Of a DNA stretch of 64,000 bases, positions 29,092 to 37,893 are shown one piece after another. How positions within the stretch are numbered: position 1 is the first letter of the stretch; every line of letters begins with the position of its first letter. A model generated the notes under the pieces. It worked only from the letters and a program-made list of their open reading frames with translations, was not told the origin of the DNA and did no database searches. This DNA is from a virus (Duplodnaviria > Caudoviricetes). The stretch is taken from the IMG/VR virus record IMGVR_UViG_3300005937_000267, positions 865-64,864 of that record; one strand, 5' to 3'. The translations under genes were made by a program, and so were the position numbers.

Positions 29092-29899
29092 GGTGGATCC
29101 TCCACGCCTGGTGCTGAAGCCAGCTGTCCTGCGCCCACTCGATCTTGCCGTCTAGCAGGGCCCTGGCCTTGTCCACTTGGTGCTGCCAGGCGCCCAGCGA
29201 TATCGGCACGAGGAGATCTCGATGGCCGTCGGCGGGGTCGGTCAGCTCCTTGACCGCGTCGAAGTCTCGCTCGTAGTACATGTGGAAGCTGTCGGCGTAG
29301 TGGACGTAGGGTCCGACCTCGAGTCCCATCGCCGTCGCCATGTGGACCTGCAGCGAACAGAACTGCGTCACGTCGTAGCACCAGCCCCACCACACGTCGT
29401 TGGATCGCATGTGAGTGTGCATGATCAGCTTTCCGTCTCTGATCATGAAGCTGAGATAGACCGTGCACGGCGTGTCCGCCGTGTCGGCGAACCCGTCGTA
29501 CGCCGGGTCCCAGATCGTGGCGATCGCTTGCCGGCTGTTCATGTCCATCCTGAGAGTGTCCATGATCTTGGGGATCTGCTGCCGCAGCCGGGGACCGTAC
29601 GCCCCGTGGAACGCCTCGCCGTCCAGAAACCGCGCGGTACTCGGGGCCACCGCGGCCATGAGCTGCGGGTACTGTCTGCCGGCGATCAGCTGGAGCGCCT
29701 CGAGCGCGGCGAGCTTGTGGTTCCACTTGCGGTTGATCCCCATCATCAGACAGTCATTCGGGTGCCCGATGATGATCGTCAAGTGCGGGACTTCTTTGGT
29801 CTCGATGCCGCGGGGAGCCACGCTCTCGCCGTGGAACCACAGGTGCTCGACCAGTGGGGACAGCGACTCGGCCGCCGAGTCGAAGTAGAACTCAGGCAC
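29084..29899 (-). CDS. Thymidylate-synthase-fold dCMP hydroxymethylase (or dCMP methylase)
   Basis: AYGPRL, SRQA, DTPCT (catalytic Cys), MRSNDVWWGWCYD with Asp at the position that is Asn in dUMP-specific ThyA. Confidence 0.8.
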   Translation of the reverse strand: MPEFYFDSAAESLSPLVEHLWFHGESVAPRGIETKEVPHLTIIIGHPNDCLMMGINRKWNHKLAALEALQLIAGRQYPQLMAAVAPSTARFLDGEAFHGAYGPRLRQQIPKIMDTLRMDMNSRQAIATIWDPAYDGFADTADTPCTVYLSFMIRDGKLIMHTHMRSNDVWWGWCYDVTQFCSLQVHMATAMGLEVGPYVHYADSFHMYYERDFDAVKELTDPADGHRDLLVPISLGAWQHQVDKARALLDGKIEWAQDSWLQHQAWRIHRG

Positions 29900-29942
29900 C
29901 GCGCCTCCTGTAGTGCGACGGGTGGTCGACCGCGTCAGACAT
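29892..29942 (-). pseudogene. 16-codon minigene, remnant of a DUF3310-like gene
   Basis: MSDAVDHPSHYRRRGA*; DxVxHPxHY is the DUF3310 N-terminal signature; 8-bp overlaps with both neighbours. Confidence 0.45.
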
Positions 29943-30786
29943 GCGCCCCCTCCATGATCGACAGCGCCGACTTGATCGGCGTGGCCTCTATACCGGCGAT
30001 GGCGCACGCGGCGTACGCCTCGGGGTCCGTCGCGATCACCGGCGGACGACCGAACAGCGCCCACGCGTCCTTGATCTGGTCGCCGTCCTGCGACAGCACG
30101 CCGAAGTCCTCGTACGGCATCAGCCGCTCCAAGATCGCGTGGTTCCTGGGCGAGCTCATGGTCGGGGTCAGCGCCGCTCTGAACGCCGGCATGTTCGGAT
30201 GCTGCGGTCGGTGCCCCGAGAGCACGATGAATCGCGGGTTCAGAGACCCGACGTACGACGGCATGGTCGCGATCTTGAGCTGGGACATCTGCGCGGACCT
30301 CGCCAGGTCGATCAGCTGCTTCGGGTAGACCTTCGTCGAGGTCACAGTCCGCCACCCGGGCACGCGCTGGGCGTAGTCGGCGTAGAAGTCCCAGACCAGA
30401 CCGACGTGCTCGGGCCTCAGGAAGCTCTCCCCGCGGTCTCTGAGCCTGTCCTGGACGACGCCTATGGAGTCCGTCACGACCACCCTGAGAGCGCCCAGAG
30501 ACTCGAGGAACAGCTCCACGTGCTTGGCTGCGGGCTCGGTCAGCAGCGACCTCCCGCGGTACAGCGGCCCGTACACCAGCTCGCCGACGTGCCACCGGTC
30601 GAGCACCCACAAAGCCGTCAGGTCGCGCCGGTCGTAGTCGCGCAGCGACCACTCGTACGCGATCATGGGATCCTCGTGGAGCTGGGCGCTGTGCAGCATC
30701 CGGGTCCGGGCGCCGTGCTTCATCGCGAGCCGGTCCTTCAGGTGCGTCTTGCCGGCGCCGTCCACTCCCTCAAGAACGATCAGCAT
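29935..30786 (-). CDS. dNMP (thymidylate-like) kinase with extra C-terminal domain
   Basis: LIVLEGVDGAGKT P-loop, LDRWHVGELVYG. Confidence 0.85.
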   Translation of the reverse strand: MLIVLEGVDGAGKTHLKDRLAMKHGARTRMLHSAQLHEDPMIAYEWSLRDYDRRDLTALWVLDRWHVGELVYGPLYRGRSLLTEPAAKHVELFLESLGALRVVVTDSIGVVQDRLRDRGESFLRPEHVGLVWDFYADYAQRVPGWRTVTSTKVYPKQLIDLARSAQMSQLKIATMPSYVGSLNPRFIVLSGHRPQHPNMPAFRAALTPTMSSPRNHAILERLMPYEDFGVLSQDGDQIKDAWALFGRPPVIATDPEAYAACAIAGIEATPIKSALSIMEGAHV

Positions 30787-31003
30787 GTCTCTCCTCGTTG
30801 CTGAGCTCGACGAGCCAGTTGTTCACGGCGATCACCTTCTGCACGAGCTCGGAGTGGTCCTCCTCCATCTGGGCCTGGAGCTGCTGGGTCTGCCAGATCG
30901 TGCGGCGAAGTCTGCGGACCTGCGAGACCATCAGTAAGATCACGCCCAGCTGGCCAATCGCCGTGAGCGCGACCAGCACCGTGAGCGCGGTCATCGTCGT
31001 CAT
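30770..31003 (-). CDS. Small membrane protein
   Basis: N-terminal TM helix plus coiled coil. Confidence 0.5.
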   Translation of the reverse strand: MTTMTALTVLVALTAIGQLGVILLMVSQVRRLRRTIWQTQQLQAQMEEDHSELVQKVIAVNNWLVELSNEERHADRS

Positions 31004-31230
31004 CGCCTGGACGCCGCTTGCGCCGGGAGCGTCACCGGCTTGATCATGACCGAGCGCTCCCCCATGGAGATCGTCGCGATCGCGGACCACGGCGACGGCT
31101 GCCACAGCTCCAGGGTCAGTCCCTCGATGTCGTCTGTCAACAGCCAGTGGTTCCCGTTCTGGTCGATGAGCACGTTGCGCATCTCGCTCTTGACCAGAAT
31201 CTCCTCCGTGCGAGGGTCCTTGATGATCAC
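31000..31230 (-). CDS. Hypothetical protein
   Basis: GTG start, 4-bp overlaps. Confidence 0.45.
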   Translation of the reverse strand: MIIKDPRTEEILVKSEMRNVLIDQNGNHWLLTDDIEGLTLELWQPSPWSAIATISMGERSVMIKPVTLPAQAASRR

Positions 31231-31544
31231 TTCTTCGTCCTCCTTCTCCTCCGGACGACCGTCTTCTCGTCGTCCGCGGCCGCGGTAGCGTCGTCGATCT
31301 CCGCCGCGGCGGTCACGTCGAAGATCGTCGGCTGGTCGCCGACGGGATCCCCGATGATCTGCGTCAGCGGGCTCGAGCACGCCGCGTCGTAGGTGTCGAG
31401 ATGCATCCATGGGTTCAGCGTGCCGGGCGGTACGAACTCGCCCGTCTGCTTGGCGATGTAGGTGTAGATCCCATGGCCGCAGTTGCCGCAGACGGCCCGG
31501 ACCTCCCACTGCCCCAGGCTCGGGTTCGGCTCGGCGGTCATCAC
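31227..31544 (-). CDS. Hypothetical CxxC protein
   Basis: CGNCGH...WMH...C; basic C-tail. Confidence 0.5.
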   Translation of the reverse strand: MMTAEPNPSLGQWEVRAVCGNCGHGIYTYIAKQTGEFVPPGTLNPWMHLDTYDAACSSPLTQIIGDPVGDQPTIFDVTAAAEIDDATAAADDEKTVVRRRRRTKK

Positions 31545-31795
31545 CCGCTCCCTGAGTCGTCGATCGCCGGCTGCTCGCCGGTGTCGATCTCGGACATGGG
31601 CTGGCCGACCATCACCTCTCCGATGATGATCTTGCGGAGGATGGCGTTCACCGTCTGGGTCTCCGGGTCGTCCAAGTGATCGACCAACTCGTCGGGACTC
31701 ACGCCCTCGTGCAGCGCCGCGCGGATCGAGGCTCTGAGGGAGTCGTACTTCCGCCGGACGTCGATGAGCGCGGCGGTCCTCGGCGCCATCGGCAT
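31541..31795 (-). CDS. Hypothetical protein
   Basis: Coupled ORF in operon. Confidence 0.5.
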   Translation of the reverse strand: MPMAPRTAALIDVRRKYDSLRASIRAALHEGVSPDELVDHLDDPETQTVNAILRKIIIGEVMVGQPMSEIDTGEQPAIDDSGSG

Positions 31796-32187
31796 CAGGA
31801 GTCACCCCCGTAGATGGACGGCCTGGGCGGCTCGACCACGGGCGCGTGGTCCAGCCATCTCTTGAGTCGGTCCCAGCTGCCCAGGCTGGACTCGAAGATC
31901 GCGTCCGCGCGGAGCAGGCCCCGCATCAGCGGCGTGTCCTCCATCCACGTCGGGCCGTCGTCCAGCTTGGCCAGCATCTCCTCGAAGGCCCAGAACACGC
32001 CGTCGCTGGGGTCCTCCGGGCACTCCATCGCGAGTCGCCAGTACTCCCCCATGGCGAACACGTCCGCCTTGCGCCGCAGGAAGTTGATCACCCTCTTGCG
32101 GTGGTCCGGGTCCATGACCTCGATGGGATGCACGACGCGGTTCTTGTCGACCCAGATCTGGTCCTGCATGAACCGGCTCCACGCCAT
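31795..32187 (-). CDS. Hypothetical protein
   Basis: 130 aa, RBS GGAGGTG, coupled. Confidence 0.6.
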   Translation of the reverse strand: MAWSRFMQDQIWVDKNRVVHPIEVMDPDHRKRVINFLRRKADVFAMGEYWRLAMECPEDPSDGVFWAFEEMLAKLDDGPTWMEDTPLMRGLLRADAIFESSLGSWDRLKRWLDHAPVVEPPRPSIYGGDS

Positions 32188-32199
32188 CTCACACCTCCT

Positions 32200-32571
32200 C
32201 TACGCGACTGGCACGGCCTCGTCCTCGGGGAGCGGCTGGACCTCGACGTCCTGCGCCAGGAACAGCGCGATCCGCTCGCGGCGGGCCTTGCTGAAGTAGA
32301 CGTTGCCGACGTCCCGCCACAGCTGCGGGCGCCAGTACGCGCGGCTGATTATCTCGAACAGCCCGCTGGGCGTGACGCGATCGATCCGGTGACTGCCGCA
32401 GCCGCGCAGGCACGTGACCTTGCGCTGCCAGCAGCGCTTGCCGGTCCTGGTCGTGGCCACGAACCACGCCGCCTTGTGGTCCCACGCGCACCGGAACTCC
32501 TTGCACGCCAAGATCACGTCGGCGTCCGCGTCGTCGACGTCGTCGCCCTTGATGAAGTTAAGACTGCTCAC
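32200..32571 (-). CDS. Hypothetical Cys/His protein
   Basis: CKEFRCAWDH...CLRGCGS; GTG overlap start. Confidence 0.55.
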   Translation of the reverse strand: MSSLNFIKGDDVDDADADVILACKEFRCAWDHKAAWFVATTRTGKRCWQRKVTCLRGCGSHRIDRVTPSGLFEIISRAYWRPQLWRDVGNVYFSKARRERIALFLAQDVEVQPLPEDEAVPVA

Positions 32572-32882
32572 GTGGCGTCCACCTTCCCTATCCCGTCCAT
32601 CACCGGCTCCGGCGCCTTGCTGGGCGCCTCGACCACGTCTCGCTGCGTGCGGAGCCGAGACAGGATGAACTCGACCTGCGTGGCGTCCCAGCCAGTCACC
32701 TCGCGGAGCAGGGACACCTCGGCCTCGTCGACCCAGGCGAACGGGAGCGCCGGCGCCTGCGTGCCGTAGCCCCCGTTCCCGAAGCAGAACTTCGAGTCGC
32801 CCTCGCGGATCGACGCCCAGTCGGCCGGCATGAACTCGTGCGTGCCATTCTTGTAGACGATCAGATACGTCTTCAGACTCAT
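32568..32882 (-). CDS. Hypothetical protein
   Basis: Start after GAAGAGGAAAAG RBS. Confidence 0.55.
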   Translation of the reverse strand: MSLKTYLIVYKNGTHEFMPADWASIREGDSKFCFGNGGYGTQAPALPFAWVDEAEVSLLREVTGWDATQVEFILSRLRTQRDVVEAPSKAPEPVMDGIGKVDAT

Positions 32883-33035
32883 GATCTTTCTTTTCCTCTT
32901 CTAGTTCTCGATCTTGGTGCACGCGCCCCGGGAACTTCGATCCCCGCCTTCCCGGGGCGCGCGGTCTGCTACAGGGTGTGTCCCCGCAGGGTGTGTCCCC
33001 GCACGCGATCACCTCCCTTCCTCTTCTACGGTCTT

Positions 33036-33218
33036 CTACCTGTAGAACTGCAGCTCGACCAGCCGGCCGTGGCACTCGCCGCCCTGGCCGGACTGCCGGA
33101 TGTGCCTGGTGCCCAGATGGTGCAGGAACAGCGACCCGCACTCCGGGCACCACCACACCTCGAGCTCTATCGGCGGCTCGCCGGGGCCCGCTTCTCTGAT
33201 CATCCGACGCAGCGTCAT
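33036..33218 (-). CDS. Small CxxC protein
   Basis: WCPECGS...H...EC. Confidence 0.5.
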   Translation of the reverse strand: MTLRRMIREAGPGEPPIELEVWWCPECGSLFLHHLGTRHIRQSGQGGECHGRLVELQFYR

Positions 33219-33328
33219 CGCGCCCACGCCAGCACGATGATCACGTACGACAGCAGGACCGCCAGGCAGACGCAGGCGACCGCGGCCGGCTGACGCCACC
33301 TAAGCCTGGGACCATCGTCCACGATCAT
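33215..33328 (-). CDS. Small TM peptide
   Basis: 37 aa with single TM helix, 4-bp overlaps. Confidence 0.45.
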   Translation of the reverse strand: MIVDDGPRLRWRQPAAVACVCLAVLLSYVIIVLAWAR

Positions 33329-33597
33329 CCCACCGCGCCGATGCTGCGCGAGATGTCGGCGAGGCCCTCCTCGAGAAGGTCGACGAGCCGGCCCAGATAG
33401 ATCGCCTGCGCGACCTGGGCCTGGGCCTGGGCCAGCGCGGCGTAGTGGTTGAACTTGTCGCCGACCAGGTGCTCGGCCGCCTCCTCGATCAGAGACTGGG
33501 CCTCGGCGACCGCGGACCCGGCCTCGTCTGGGACGACCTTGATCATGTCCACGGGGTCGCGCGCCGGCTCGTGGATCTGCGAGTCGCGCCAGCTCAT
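33325..33597 (-). CDS. Hypothetical helical protein
   Basis: Coupled ORF. Confidence 0.5.
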   Translation of the reverse strand: MSWRDSQIHEPARDPVDMIKVVPDEAGSAVAEAQSLIEEAAEHLVGDKFNHYAALAQAQAQVAQAIYLGRLVDLLEEGLADISRSIGAVG

Positions 33598-33896
33598 CGC
33601 TCGACGCTCCCGTCCGCACTCATGATCATCGTCTCGGGATCGAAGCCGCGCTGGAGGTCCTCCTGCGTCGGCTCGCTCGGGCCGTAGTCGACCGCCGCGG
33701 CGGCGACGTACTGCGCGATCAGCGCGTCCACGTCGCTGAGCTGCTTGTCCCGCTCCCTCAGAGCGGGCTCGAGCCCGCGCATGTTCTTGGCGCCCAGCGC
33801 CCGGGCGATCCGGACGCGGGCGGTGTGGTACCGGGCCAGCGGGGTGGCCAGGTCGTCGAGCAGCTGCTCGAGCAGCTCGTAGTCGGGGAGAGCCAT
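33594..33896 (-). CDS. Hypothetical protein
   Basis: MALPDYELL... after CCGACGAGAGGAAG element. Confidence 0.55.
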   Translation of the reverse strand: MALPDYELLEQLLDDLATPLARYHTARVRIARALGAKNMRGLEPALRERDKQLSDVDALIAQYVAAAAVDYGPSEPTQEDLQRGFDPETMIMSADGSVER

Positions 33897-33964
33897 GATC
33901 GTCTTCCTCTCGTCGGATGCTTCCTTCCCGTCGGTCCCGACACTACCACGGACCGGGAGACGGG

Positions 33965-34480
33965 TCAACGACTGCGTCGCCCCAGGGACCCGATGTCGAA
34001 GTCCAGGAACGCCGCCTCCAGGTCGCGGTCGCGCTCGAAGGCGTCGCGCAGCGCGTCCTCCGCCAGCCAGCTCAGGCTCCACAGCCCGTTGCCGTCCCTG
34101 CTGTAGCAGGCGGCCACGGCGCCCTCGGGCCTGTCCGCCACGGACACGGTCGCGTGGTCGTTCTCCAGGTACCCGGTCTCCTGCGGCTGCCGGAAGCAGC
34201 GCTCGCAGGGCTGGTGGCCCGGCGCCACCGTCACCAGCTCCAGCGGGTCCTCGTTGTTCCGGAGCACGTGGCAGCGCATGTGCGCGTGGACCACCCGGCT
34301 CTTGCCGATCTTGCTCACGACGTACTTGCCGTCGTCCGTGCGGTAGATCGTGATCTCGGTCCACCGGGGCTTGCGCTCGCCGCGGTAGCCGTGCTCGCTG
34401 CTCGCCCGGGACAGCGGCTCGCCGTCGAAGCGCAGGGTCTGGTCCCCGCTCCGGAGCTCCTGGCTCGCCATGGCCGTCAT
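33965..34480 (-). CDS. Hypothetical protein
   Basis: 171 aa; RWTEITIYRTDDGKYVV motif, H/C cluster. Confidence 0.6.
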   Translation of the reverse strand: MTAMASQELRSGDQTLRFDGEPLSRASSEHGYRGERKPRWTEITIYRTDDGKYVVSKIGKSRVVHAHMRCHVLRNNEDPLELVTVAPGHQPCERCFRQPQETGYLENDHATVSVADRPEGAVAACYSRDGNGLWSLSWLAEDALRDAFERDRDLEAAFLDFDIGSLGRRSR

Positions 34481-34669
34481 CTGTTCCTCGCGTCTGTCTC
34501 GCTCGCTATGATCGCGGCGACGATGCCGAGGCTGACGATCAGCGCGACCACCATCACCGCCATGCTGGCTGGACCCCGATCCCGGCCACCCGCCCGGCTT
34601 CCTCTCGCTCCCGGTTCTCTCGGTCTCTTCTCCCGGTACCTCACACTACCACGGACTCCCGGCCGCGAT

Positions 34670-35527
34670 CTAGGTCGGGGACTGGGTCTCACGGAAGGAC
34701 TGGTAGGCCTCGACGACGCGGGTCATCTCACGGTCCAGGACCACTATCGTGTGCCCGACCTTCCCCCACTTGGGGTCCTGGGGATGCCGCTCCCACTTGG
34801 AGTCGCCGCCGAACTGGTACTCGGACCAGCTCTCCCGCGGAGGCTTGGCCAGGAAGACCCCCTCCGCGATCTTGATCGGATCCGCCAGCCACGCCGGCCA
34901 CCTGCCCCCGCCGGACGGGTGCGTCACGAGGAAGTAGGCGTCGCTCCCGCGGGCGTACGGGCCGTAGCCGTCCAGCTGGGGCCTGTGCTCGTCGCGGCCC
35001 GTCGGGCGCCTGCCCTCCGGGCGCGGGAAGATCACCTGCTCGAAGACCGCGAACGTCCAATGCCGCACGCCCTCCCACGCGGAGTGGGTGTTGATCGAGA
35101 CGACGTCCGGGCGGATCCTGGAGCGGGTCACGGCGGTGACGCGCTGGGTCGCCTCGACCCGCGTCATCTCCGGGAGGTCGGGGTCGAGCCCGGACGACGG
35201 ATCGAGCCAGTCGCCGATCGCCAGGTCGAGCGGCGTCGGCGGCGGCCGGCGCCCGCGCCAGTCGATCATGCTCCCGTCGGGGCGGCGCGGGAAGACCACC
35301 GGCTCGTCGCCGCGGAACTCCCACGACCCCTGCGTGGTGGCGATCACGTAGCGCTCCTCGCCGGGAGACGCGCCCGGGACGATCTCCTTGGAGACGATCT
35401 TGTGCGGCGGGGTCCCGGCCGGGTCGGCGAGCAGCTGCTGCCGGACGGTCATGCCGGGTCTGGCGGACGTCCCGGACGGCGTCAGAGGTCTCACGGCGGG
35501 CTCCTTTGCTAGGGTTCCCAAAGACAT
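34670..35527 (-). CDS. Hypothetical protein, first gene of leftward arm
   Basis: 285 aa ORF starting at edge of AT-rich region. Confidence 0.6.
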   Translation of the reverse strand: MSLGTLAKEPAVRPLTPSGTSARPGMTVRQQLLADPAGTPPHKIVSKEIVPGASPGEERYVIATTQGSWEFRGDEPVVFPRRPDGSMIDWRGRRPPPTPLDLAIGDWLDPSSGLDPDLPEMTRVEATQRVTAVTRSRIRPDVVSINTHSAWEGVRHWTFAVFEQVIFPRPEGRRPTGRDEHRPQLDGYGPYARGSDAYFLVTHPSGGGRWPAWLADPIKIAEGVFLAKPPRESWSEYQFGGDSKWERHPQDPKWGKVGHTIVVLDREMTRVVEAYQSFRETQSPT

Positions 35528-35715
35528 TCTCTGGGATCTATAGAGATACCTTATCTTATTACACTATTACTTACTTGATCAATAGGATTCCTATGTAGGT
35601 ACCAAACCCGCGTACACGTAGGCCTAGTCGCCAGCTAAGTTCCTTACTGCATAGGGATCTGCAGTAATAGTCACGAATCTGTATAAAAGAGCATAGATCT
35701 TCCTATCAATATCAT
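35521..35715. promoter_or_regulatory. AT-rich strand-switch region (divergent promoters / candidate origin)
   Basis: Visibly the most AT-rich stretch; TTACTGCA-N8-TGCAGTAA palindrome at 35644-35667; sits where gene orientation flips. Confidence 0.55.
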
Positions 35716-36505
35716 CTTCGTGGCCCCCGGGACCTCCTAAGGGCGCATGACCCGCGCAGGCGTCCCGGGTACGCGCGTCGCCTGCGCGCGTGACCCGCGC
35801 GCGCGTCGGGCCGCTGGCCGGCCCCGCCTCGCCCGCGGTCCTCTTCGCTTCTTCCCGGATCTCCCGGAAGATCTTCGCGCTTCTCGCCAAGATCATCGCC
35901 CGCCTTGACCGCCGGGCCGGGTCCGGGTAGCGTGCCCGGGAGAGGGCGCGGGGGAGCGAGTCTTCCGGCCACCCGGCCGACTACCGCGGTCCGCGTCCTC
36001 GCCCACACAAAGACGTGGGCGCCCGGGCTCTGGGTCTCGTGGCAGGCGTCACGGCGTGATCACCGAGCCCCGTCTTCCCGCCCGGGCACCCGCCTCATGC
36101 CGCGGAGGCGCGGTCGGCCCCCATGGGTCATGCTGCGGAGCTCATCCATCACCGCCGCGCCTCCCGCGCTGGTCGCGGGGTCGCCCAGGCCCGATACCGG
36201 GGACGCGGTCTGGGTCGTCTCGCAGTGATCGTCCTCTCGGGGGAGGGCAGAGCGGGGGCGATCATCTTAGGGGCGGCTGGCTCGGCCCGCGACTCGTCGT
36301 CGCCGCGGACCGGGCCGGGCCGCTGCCGATCATGGAGTTTCGAGCCAGCCCAGACGGGCTATAGTCTCCTCGGTCGCTGGGGCGGTCGTCCCGCGCCAGC
36401 GACTCCAGGCGATCCGGAGCTTCCTCCTAGATGATCACCGCCCGCAGACACGGGGTCCGAGCGGGAGTCCCGGATCGCGCCGACCATCGGTGATAGGATC
36501 CCGCC

Positions 36506-36685
36506 ATGCCGGACGACATCCGCCGCGAGCCCCCGACTGAGTACGGCGGGAACACGGGCCTCGTCGAGGAGTTCCCGCACGTCATGAGGGCGCGCGAGGT
36601 GATCAGTAAGATGCGGCGCGAGGACGACCCGGCGGACCCCACCAGCGGCGTGGACGTGCAGGACCGATTCGAGTCGGCGGGCTGA
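36506..36685 (+). CDS. Small acidic protein (probably leaderless)
   Basis: MPDDIRREPPTEY...; TAGGAT 7 nt upstream of ATG. Confidence 0.5.
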   Translation: MPDDIRREPPTEYGGNTGLVEEFPHVMRAREVISKMRREDDPADPTSGVDVQDRFESAG

Positions 36686-36689
36686 CCCG

Positions 36690-37094
36690 ATGGTCGACAA
36701 GATCTCCATCTCGCTCGAGGTCGTCGGCGCCGCCGCTCAGGACTTCGTCACCAACGTACAGCAGTTCGTAACCAAGCTAGGAGCCCAGATGTCACAGCTC
36801 GACCAATCAGTAGAAGCTCTCAACGCCGCCGTGTCCGACCTCGCCGGGCGCATCGAGCAGGCGGACCCCGCCGCGCTGCAGGCCGCGCTGCAGCAGGTCC
36901 AGGACCTGAACGCCCAGCTCGCCGACCTACAGGCCCAGGGCACCGACGCCGACCAGGCGCAGATCGACTCGCTCACCGCCGAGCGCGACGAGCTGTTGTC
37001 CGACTCGGTGGAGAACGCCGGCAAGATCGGAGAGGTGACGGCGGCGATCCAGGGTTTAGCGCGGGGCGAGGCGCCGACCCAGCTCCCGAGCTGA
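36690..37094 (+). CDS. Coiled-coil protein
   Basis: Q/A/L heptad-rich. Confidence 0.65.
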   Translation: MVDKISISLEVVGAAAQDFVTNVQQFVTKLGAQMSQLDQSVEALNAAVSDLAGRIEQADPAALQAALQQVQDLNAQLADLQAQGTDADQAQIDSLTAERDELLSDSVENAGKIGEVTAAIQGLARGEAPTQLPS

Positions 37095-37220
37095 TCATCC
37101 TCGTCTGCTCCTGCGGCACGTGGACGGTGACCGGCACCTCGGGGATCGTCGGCGACGCGGCGGAGCGCCACGTGCTCGATCACCCCGACGAGCCCAGCCA
37201 GCACGAGATCGCGATGATCG

Positions 37221-37328
37221 ATGCCGCGTGACGAGCTCGCCGGCCGGATCGTGCTGGCCCGCGTGCTGTGGGGGATCGGCGGCCTGCTGATCGGGCTGGC
37301 CGTGGGCTACATCGCGTGGGGAGGATGA
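37221..37328 (+). CDS. Small TM peptide
   Basis: MPRDELAGRIVLARVLWGIGGLLIGLAVGYIAWGG. Confidence 0.45.
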   Translation: MPRDELAGRIVLARVLWGIGGLLIGLAVGYIAWGG

Positions 37329-37329
37329 C

Positions 37330-37470
37330 GTGCCGTTCCGGTCGCGGGCCCAGCGCCGCTTCATGTGGGCCCGGCATCCCAAGATCGCCAGGCGCTGGGA
37401 GCGCCACACGCCGAAGAAGAAGAACCTCCCGGCTCGGGCGCGCAGGTCGCGGCGGAAGCGGGGGCGCTGA
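37330..37470 (+). CDS. Small highly basic protein
   Basis: MPFRSRAQRRFMWARHPKIARRWERHTPKKKNLP..., a recurrent small phage protein type. Confidence 0.6.
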   Translation: MPFRSRAQRRFMWARHPKIARRWERHTPKKKNLPARARRSRRKRGR

Positions 37471-37670
37471 TGGCCGAGGAGATGTGGGTGCTCCAGCCCG
37501 GCGACCGCTTCGCCACCATGACCGCGGAGGGGCGCGCGGTGATCTGGCAGATCTCCGATCGCGGGACTCCCGAGCTCAGGACCGAGGACTTCGCTCGCGC
37601 CTCCGATCGTCTGTCGATGATGCCCGAGCCTAGGGCGAGTCGCCGTCCCCGACGGGCAGACAGGCGGTAG
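37470..37670 (+). CDS. Hypothetical protein
   Basis: TGATG overlap start; 66 aa. Confidence 0.45.
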   Translation: MAEEMWVLQPGDRFATMTAEGRAVIWQISDRGTPELRTEDFARASDRLSMMPEPRASRRPRRADRR

Positions 37671-37680
37671 GATCCCGATC

Positions 37681-37893
37681 ATGGCCAAGCTCACGACGCG
37701 CGGCCGGAAGAGACTGAAGAAGTCCAGCTTCGCCCTCCCCGGCCGGCGGTATCCCATCCACGATCGCGCGCACGCGCGGAGCGCTCTGTCGCGGGTCGCC
37801 CAGCACGGCTCGGCGTCCGAGAAGCGCCGCGTCCGCGCCGCGGTCCACCGCCGCTACCCCTCGATGGGGCGACCCAAGCGAAAGCGGAGGTGA
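37681..37893 (+). CDS. Small highly basic protein
   Basis: FALPGRRYPIHDRAHARSALSRVAQHG motif; TAGGAT upstream. Confidence 0.65.
   Translation: MAKLTTRGRKRLKKSSFALPGRRYPIHDRAHARSALSRVAQHGSASEKRRVRAAVHRRYPSMGRPKRKRR

Noticed and set aside
37091-37229. Small CxC/His ORF that would need a CTG start
   Set aside because: Plausible 4-bp overlap, but the non-standard start and short length give too little support to list
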